A stretch of 64,000 bases of DNA. Source: an uncultured bacterium. GTDB taxonomy: Bacteria; Patescibacteriota; Minisyncoccia; UBA6257; 2-01-FULL-56-20. Shown here piece by piece: positions 58,754 through 64,000 of this stretch (position 1 is its first letter; every line of letters starts with the position of its first letter). The DNA is taken from assembly GCA_963718515.1 (NCBI GenBank), contig OY970354.1, forward strand, positions 502,808 to 566,807. Reading direction: 5' to 3'. The notes under the pieces are model-generated. The model was not told the origin of the DNA, searched no databases, and saw only the letters and a program-made list of their open reading frames with translations. The translations under genes and the position numbers were made by a program.

Positions 58754-59755
58754 TTATGTAAAATTCGCCTTGAACCAGGCAAATAATTTTGACGTGTCGC
58801 CGAACCGGTCGACGGTATTGAGCACAATAATGAGGACCGGATGGCCGTTGTGATCGAAGATCGAAAGAAGATTTCCGCTCGCCTGGTCCGTGTGCCCGGT
58901 CTTTCCGCCGACAAAGTTCGGCTCGCCGGCAAAGTCGTTGATGCTCGTCACGAGCACTTTTTTCCCGCTGTTCAGTTCGGTGATGGTCGTTTGGTGAGTA
59001 TCGGTGATCGCAAGAATGCTCGGATAATCGTTATATACGTGTTGGGCGAGGATCAGCAGATCATTCGCCGTCGATTCGTTTGCTGCCGAAATGCCAGATG
59101 GATCCTGAAAATATGTGTCCGTCATCCCCCACGCCTGCGCGCGAGCATTCATCTCCTCCATAAATTGTGTTTCGCCCAGAAAATCCGCCATCGCTTGGGC
59201 CGCGACGTTGCTTGATGGCATGAGCATCACATGCAAAAGATCTTCTACGGTATAGCGCCCGCCGATCACGAGCGTCTCTTCCGTCGGATCCGCGGCGAAC
59301 ATTGTGGGCGTGATCGTGATCTCCGTGCTCGTCGCGAGCTGGTCGAGTACGAGCGTTGCCGTCATCAATTTAGTGAGCGATGCCGTTGGCCATCGGGTCG
59401 CGGTATTTGATCCCGAAAGGACGGCACCCGTCGTGAGGTCTGCAATCATATAGTCCTGGGTGTTTATAGCGGGTAATGGAGTGCTCGCGACCCTGATAAA
59501 CAGCGAATCGCCGGTAGCGGTTGTTGTCGGGTCGGCCGCCGGATCTTGGCCGTTCGCGCTCGCGACCGATGTTTCGGGCAGAGTGAGTAATGGAGGATTC
59601 GTTTGTATCTGCGCCTGTGTTTGCGCCGCTGCGGTTTCCGACTGGTCAGCCGTCGAAAGTTGTGGGAGTCCGGAAATATTCGGATACATCATGCGCGCAA
59701 AAAAAACGGCACCCGTCACTACAAATAAAAAAATAAACTTTTCGGAATGCTTCAT
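58754..59755 (-). CDS. D-alanyl-D-alanine carboxypeptidase (S11, PBP5/6-like)
   Basis: SxxK motif (ASLTKLMT), SxN motif (PSSN), KTG motif (GGKTGHT) and an N-terminal signal anchor. Confidence 0.8.
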   Translation of the reverse strand: MKHSEKFIFLFVVTGAVFFARMMYPNISGLPQLSTADQSETAAAQTQAQIQTNPPLLTLPETSVASANGQDPAADPTTTATGDSLFIRVASTPLPAINTQDYMIADLTTGAVLSGSNTATRWPTASLTKLMTATLVLDQLATSTEITITPTMFAADPTEETLVIGGRYTVEDLLHVMLMPSSNVAAQAMADFLGETQFMEEMNARAQAWGMTDTYFQDPSGISAANESTANDLLILAQHVYNDYPSILAITDTHQTTITELNSGKKVLVTSINDFAGEPNFVGGKTGHTDQASGNLLSIFDHNGHPVLIIVLNTVDRFGDTSKLFAWFKANFT

Positions 59756-60303
59756 TGTGTAGTGGTGCCGTTCGCCTGATCGAATACTTTCAACAATTCC
59801 TGGAATTTTTCGAAATCCGGAAGGTGGTGCTTTTCTTTTATGCCAAGATGTTTCATAAGGTCGAATGTGCCGCGATAGAGAAAGCTGGTAGGATGTTCCG
59901 GATCGGGAAAGCGCTCAACGAGGCCGCGGATCATAAGGCTTCGGAGAATAACGATCGAATTCACGCCCCGCAGGTATTCCAACCGCGCACGAGAGATGGG
60001 TCCGAGGTATGCAATTATAGAGAGCGCCTCAAGGCTCGCTGGCGAAAGATCTTCGGAAATCTCCTCTTTTACAAAGCTTTCGAGGATGCTGTTGAATTCG
60101 GGCTTTGTAGCGAGCTGGATCTTCTCCCGGTCGGATACAAGTTGCAAGCCACGGCTATCGCTCTCGAGCTCGCGCTTGAGTTCTTCAATGATTATCTCGA
60201 GCTCTTCTTTTTCTATCCCCAAAACCGACGCGATTTTTTTATACGTAAGTGGTTCGCCGTGGATGAATAATAATGCTTCTAAGGATGCGCGTGCGTTTTT
60301 CAT
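59752..60303 (-). CDS. scpB: segregation and condensation protein B
   Basis: 183 aa. LEALLFIHGEPLTYKKIA and ALSIIAYLGPISRARLEYLRGV match ScpB winged helices. Confidence 0.85.
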   Translation of the reverse strand: MKNARASLEALLFIHGEPLTYKKIASVLGIEKEELEIIIEELKRELESDSRGLQLVSDREKIQLATKPEFNSILESFVKEEISEDLSPASLEALSIIAYLGPISRARLEYLRGVNSIVILRSLMIRGLVERFPDPEHPTSFLYRGTFDLMKHLGIKEKHHLPDFEKFQELLKVFDQANGTTTQ

Positions 60304-60308
60304 AGGCG

Positions 60309-61073
60309 TTATTTTTTCTTCACCATTATATCAGAAAAATTATCCATTTGCTCAAGGAGTACCAACTGCTCACGCGCCAAATGCAGAATGGCGAGGAAGA
60401 CCACGATCATCTCACCACGAGATTTCTCTCCGGAAAGATTATTGAAGTGCATATCCCCTTCTTTTTGGATACGCCCGAGTACCTCGGATATCTTTTCCTC
60501 AAGCGTGACGATCTTTTCCCGTATGGTGTCTGTCTCTATCTCATAGGTTTTTATCGTGTCGAAGATGTTCGAAAGTGCGGCGGCCATCGATTCGACATTG
60601 AGTGTTTTTCCTGGATAAAATACGGTGGTTCCCGGAATGAGTGATGTACCCTTTCCGATAAAATACTGCCGGCTGTACGATTTATGGCTCGTGTGCCATA
60701 GGCGATTCAAGATCTTGATCGCGGGTTTGAGCTGTTGATAGATGTTTAGGCGCGCCTCAAGATCTTTGATGTCCGCCTCTTCCTCTTCCGTAAGCGCAAG
60801 GCCCGGCAATAAATATTTCGATTTTAAAAATATAAGTTTGCTTGCGACGGAAACAAAATCGGCGAGTATGCGAAGGTCTACACGAAACGCATCCTCCGTT
60901 CGCGAAGCGGCATCTACATCCAGTTCTTTTTTAAATTTCTCCAGATAGCGCAAAAAATCGTCCGTGACTTTGGCCAAGCTTACCTCGCTGATATCTAGTT
61001 TTTGGCCTTCAATAAGCTCCAGCAGTTTCTCGAGCGGGCCGCTGAATTCCCCTACGCGCGTTTCATATTCCAT
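60309..61073 (-). CDS. scpA: segregation and condensation protein A
   Basis: 254 aa. F.GPLEKLLELIEGQKLDISEVSLAKVTDDFL and the C-terminal VVFLAILHLAREQ match ScpA. Confidence 0.85.
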   Translation of the reverse strand: MEYETRVGEFSGPLEKLLELIEGQKLDISEVSLAKVTDDFLRYLEKFKKELDVDAASRTEDAFRVDLRILADFVSVASKLIFLKSKYLLPGLALTEEEEADIKDLEARLNIYQQLKPAIKILNRLWHTSHKSYSRQYFIGKGTSLIPGTTVFYPGKTLNVESMAAALSNIFDTIKTYEIETDTIREKIVTLEEKISEVLGRIQKEGDMHFNNLSGEKSRGEMIVVFLAILHLAREQLVLLEQMDNFSDIMVKKK

Positions 61074-61112
61074 AATGGATGTCTATCCAATCATCATATA
61101 TAATAGGGTTAC

Positions 61113-62249
61113 ATGGCACAAGCACTCTATCGCAAATATCGGCCGCAGAAGCTGGATGACGTCCTCGGCCAAGAGACGAATGTCGAGATTCTCAAGAATG
61201 CCGCAAAGGCTGGCCAGCTTGGTCAGGCATATATTTTTTATGGCGCACGCGGGACGGGAAAGACGACGACCGCGCGGCTGATCGCAAAGTTGCTCAATTG
61301 CGAAAAGCGCCGCACCGATCCAGCAGTTCGCCGCGCTCGGCGAGCCGTGCAACGAGTGCCGCGAATGCCTGGCGATCGATGCGCAGAATTCTTTCGACGT
61401 CGTGGAGATCGACGCCGCATCCAATCGTGGCATCGACGAGATCCGCAACCTCAAAGAGAACATCCGCACCTCCCCCGCTTCCGCCGAGCACAAAGTTTAT
61501 ATTATAGATGAGGCGCACATGCTCACCGGCGCGGCGTTCAATGCGCTCTTAAAAACTTTGGAAGAACCGCCCGAGCACGCGGTGATCATTTTGGCCACCA
61601 CGGAATTCGAAAAGCTTCCGCCGACGATCACTTCCCGCGCCCAGCGCTTTGTTTTCAAGAAATTGACCAAAGCGACGATCATCGAAAAACTCACGTCGAT
61701 CGCAAAGACGGAAAAGATAAAGATCGATGCGTCTGCGATCGAGCTCATCGCCGCCGCCGCCGAAGGAAGTTTCCGTGATGCCGAATCGTTGCTCGACCAG
61801 ATCTCATCGATCAGCGGCGCCGCCGAAGGCAACGCCGCCGCAAAAGGCATCACGCTCGCCGACGCAGAGCGCGTGACCGGCCGCACCGGCCTCAAAAAAG
61901 TGCACGAGATGGCGGAATTCATAGTTGCAAAAGATATTAAAGGTGCGCTTGGATTTTTAGATGAACTTAATGAAGAAGGCCATAACCTGGTGCAGTTCAC
62001 GAAAGACCTTATCCATTATTTGCGCAAAGTGCTGTCGCTTAAGATCAATCCATCGCTCAAGGCGATCATGGAGCGAGACCTGACGCGCGACGAGGTTGCT
62101 GCGGCGCAATCGCGCTCGGCGCGGATGCCGACACGGCCACGCTCGTGAAAATCATCAAAGCCCTCATCCGCGCGTACGCGGAGATGCGTTACTCCCCTTT
62201 CGCTATTGTTCCGCTCGAAGTGGCGCTCGTGGAAAATCTTTCTTCGTAG
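61113..62249 (+). pseudogene. dnaX: DNA polymerase III subunit gamma/tau, 2 frameshifts as assembled
   Basis: YRPQKLDDVLGQ...YGARGTGKTTTARLIAKLLNCEK is in one frame. GEPCNECRECLAIDAQNSFDVVEIDAASNRGIDEIR...IIDEAHML...TSRAQRF is in the next, and IALGADADTATLVKIIKALIRAY...TAG in a third. Shifts are near 61300-61322 and 62105. Confidence 0.85.
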
Positions 62250-62276
62250 ACAAAAATCCTGCGGCGTGCGTATAAT
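62247..62276 (+). promoter_or_regulatory. candidate promoter for tRNA-Gln
   Basis: TAGACA, 18-nt spacer, TATAAT (62271-62276), 21 nt upstream of the tRNA 5' end. Confidence 0.4.
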
Positions 62277-62297
62277 GAAAGGCGTTCGCAACACCAT

Positions 62298-62371
62298 TGC
62301 CGGATCATCTAATGGTAGGATAGTGGACTCTGAATCCATTCATCTTGGTTCGAATCCAAGTCCGGCAGCCA
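62298..62371 (+). tRNA. tRNA-Gln (anticodon CTG)
   Basis: Acceptor TGCCGGA/TCCGGCA (U1-A72), anticodon arm GTGGA-CTCTGAA-TCCAT, T-arm CTTGG-TTCGAAT-CCAAG. The 3' CCA is encoded. Confidence 0.85.
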
Positions 62372-62544
62372 CTTAGGACGCGAGTTCGTGCGTCCAGGGA
62401 GCGTCATACGCTCCTAGATTTCATGGGACGAATTTTTGATTTTCTGACCCTCTTCGGACGCGGTATCGGGAGAAAAATTGTAGTACGGGTCCTGGTCCCA
62501 GAACTAAATTCAATTCCGTTGCGTTTAATGTTCTAATTAATGAT

Positions 62545-63162
62545 ATGGAAATACTCCTCCTCTGCGGAATGATCGCCGGGCCATTGTTCGTGATCGTTTT
62601 TCTTATCGAAGGATCTTTGCGAGAAAACTATGATGTCCTCCGCCAACCCGTGAGTGCGCTCGCGATCGGCAAGCGCGGATGGATACAACAAGCCAACTTT
62701 ATAGTGGTCGGCATACTCATGCTCGCCTATGCATTCGGACTCAACATGGCGCTTGCCGCCTACGGCGGATCATTTTGGATACCGTTCCTCGTCGGACTCT
62801 ATGCCATTGGCCTCATCGGCGCTGGCATATTCGTTACCGACAAAACCGGCATACCAAGCAATGCACCCGCGCCCCAAAAGCGTGATGTTGGCGCCGCTAT
62901 CCATGATCTTTGTTCGCTGATTGTTTTCATACCCCTCTTTATCGCCTGCTTCGTATTCGCCCATCTCTTCGCGGCGTCAGGTTCATTGGGCTGGCACATA
63001 TATTCCGTAACAACGGGAATCCTCTTTGGCGTCGGATTCGTCCTCTTCGCGAGAGGATTCACCAAGAACGAAAAGTTCGCGGGGCTACTTCAACGCCTCA
63101 CGATAGCAATCGGATGGATATGGCTTGCACTTGTTGCGGCCCACCTACTTGCCCTGATTTAA
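62545..63162 (+). CDS. DUF998-like integral membrane protein
   Basis: 205 aa with 6 hydrophobic helices. The family assignment comes from memory of the N-terminal pattern only. Confidence 0.5.
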   Translation: MEILLLCGMIAGPLFVIVFLIEGSLRENYDVLRQPVSALAIGKRGWIQQANFIVVGILMLAYAFGLNMALAAYGGSFWIPFLVGLYAIGLIGAGIFVTDKTGIPSNAPAPQKRDVGAAIHDLCSLIVFIPLFIACFVFAHLFAASGSLGWHIYSVTTGILFGVGFVLFARGFTKNEKFAGLLQRLTIAIGWIWLALVAAHLLALI

Positions 63163-63189
63163 ATATGGGCTGAGTATCGAAATGGTTGC

Positions 63190-63645
63190 CTAGCGCTTAG
63201 TCTCTTTTTCAAAAGGCTGTCCCTTTCCACCAGTAATCAAACTCTGCAAACTGCCGTTAATTATAGAACTCCATGCATCCGAGCATTTATTGAAGCATTC
63301 AATTGCGGGAGCGAGGCCCACGTGCGTGAAGCGGACTTCGGTTTTATCACCATTTTTAGAGATGTCAAAAACGATATCCGTACCGTTCCACTCGGTCTTG
63401 TCTTCGACAAATTTAAGATAGCTGTCTAAAACATGCCAAACGACTTTCTTGCCTGGAACGAGTTCGGTTATCTTTTGCTTGCTGCGATGGATGTCTTTAT
63501 AACGGTAAGTCCATTCAGCACCAAGTTTGTCCGTATCGCCTTCGATTTCTCCCGACCACCATCCGCGAACGTTGTTGATGGCGGCAAAAACTTCTTCCGG
63601 AGTTTGGTCGACCGTAAAGGCAGTCGTGTAATTTTGATCGTTCAT
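63190..63645 (-). CDS. SRPBCC family protein (AHSA1/YndB-like)
   Basis: 151 aa. PEEVFAAINNVRGWW...ITELVPGKKVVWHV...TEVRFTHVGL matches the Aha1/START-like fold family. Confidence 0.7.
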   Translation of the reverse strand: MNDQNYTTAFTVDQTPEEVFAAINNVRGWWSGEIEGDTDKLGAEWTYRYKDIHRSKQKITELVPGKKVVWHVLDSYLKFVEDKTEWNGTDIVFDISKNGDKTEVRFTHVGLAPAIECFNKCSDAWSSIINGSLQSLITGGKGQPFEKETKR

Positions 63646-63695
63646 TACTTAATTTTATCTGTTTTTGGATAATATGTAAAAATATTACCCGACCG

Positions 63696-63980
63696 TTACT
63701 TAAAGTATTTCCACTTTGTTCCGATATAGATCGCGAAGAAAATCGCGAGTGCCGTGCCGACGATTATGGAAAAGGTTTGAAGGAAGGAATCAAGCGGATA
63801 CAAGCCGAATACAACCAAAGAGATGCGCCCGACGACGACAAGGACGAGACATATCTCGGCAACTGCCGCCGCCCATTTTTTCATGGCCAAAAGGAAGAAG
63901 CCTCCTATAGCGTAAAGGGTGCCGACGATTACGCCTCCGTACGTGGAAGCGTTTGCCGTAGCGGTGGAGACAAGCCCCAA
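63696..63980 (-). CDS. hypothetical membrane protein (N-terminus may extend past the window end)
   Basis: Three hydrophobic helices. The frame may remain open towards position 64000. Confidence 0.4.
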   Translation of the reverse strand: MGLVSTATANASTYGGVIVGTLYAIGGFFLLAMKKWAAAVAEICLVLVVVGRISLVVFGLYPLDSFLQTFSIIVGTALAIFFAIYIGTKWKYFK

Positions 63981-64000
63981 GAAGTTATGGGTAAAGCCAG

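Noticed and set aside
61113-62249. The possibility that the dnaX frame changes are the programmed gamma/tau frameshift.
   Set aside because: The shifts lie in the N-terminal ATPase domain and near the extreme C-terminus. There is no slippery heptamer or downstream stem-loop, and they look like the other homopolymer indels.
62016-62339. A 107-aa minus-strand ORF.
   Set aside because: It overlaps the dnaX 3' end and tRNA-Gln, and it starts inside the tRNA.

Overview
This is a dense housekeeping region with almost no non-coding DNA. I infer a small-genome bacterium with Patescibacteria/CPR-like traits; no database search was possible. The traits are miniaturised core proteins (RF1 without domain 1, EF-Ts of 153 aa, RecO of 167 aa), many small secreted or membrane ORFs of unknown function, a divergent 16S, and almost no Shine-Dalgarno sites.

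Genes I can support:
- Translation: aspS (partial), glyQS, gltX, an RF1-like factor, frr, tsf, rpsB, rplS, rpmE and trmD.
- RNA genes: one stand-alone 16S rRNA and tRNA-Leu(GAG), tRNA-Tyr(GTA) and tRNA-Gln(CTG).
- Cell envelope: murA, murC, murG, mraY, ftsW/rodA, mreB, a D-Ala-D-Ala carboxypeptidase and an M23 peptidase.
- Secretion, chromosome and replication: secD/secF, scpA/scpB, dnaX and holB.
- Other: recO, fur, rseP, pepA, ndk, two ABC export systems, a split comEC, and a VirD4/TraD-like ATPase with a membrane partner.
- Heme: a translationally coupled hemC-hemD-hemQ-hemE-hemH operon.

Main observations:
1. The 16S 3' tail has no CCUCC anti-SD.
2. TATAAT-like -10 boxes sit 6-9 nt upstream of many start codons, which suggests leaderless mRNAs.
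3. Three hairpins share a conserved 19-nt loop but have unrelated, compensating stems.
4. The coproporphyrin-type heme operon is unexpected in this genomic context.
5. The RF1 lacks domain 1.
6. About 21 frameshifts interrupt essential genes, 11 of them within 3.2 kb (glyQS-murA-mreB). Several fall in short homopolymers, so assembly error is the leading explanation.

TGA is used as a stop in intact conserved genes, so the genetic code is standard. I saw no CRISPR array, IS element or prophage.
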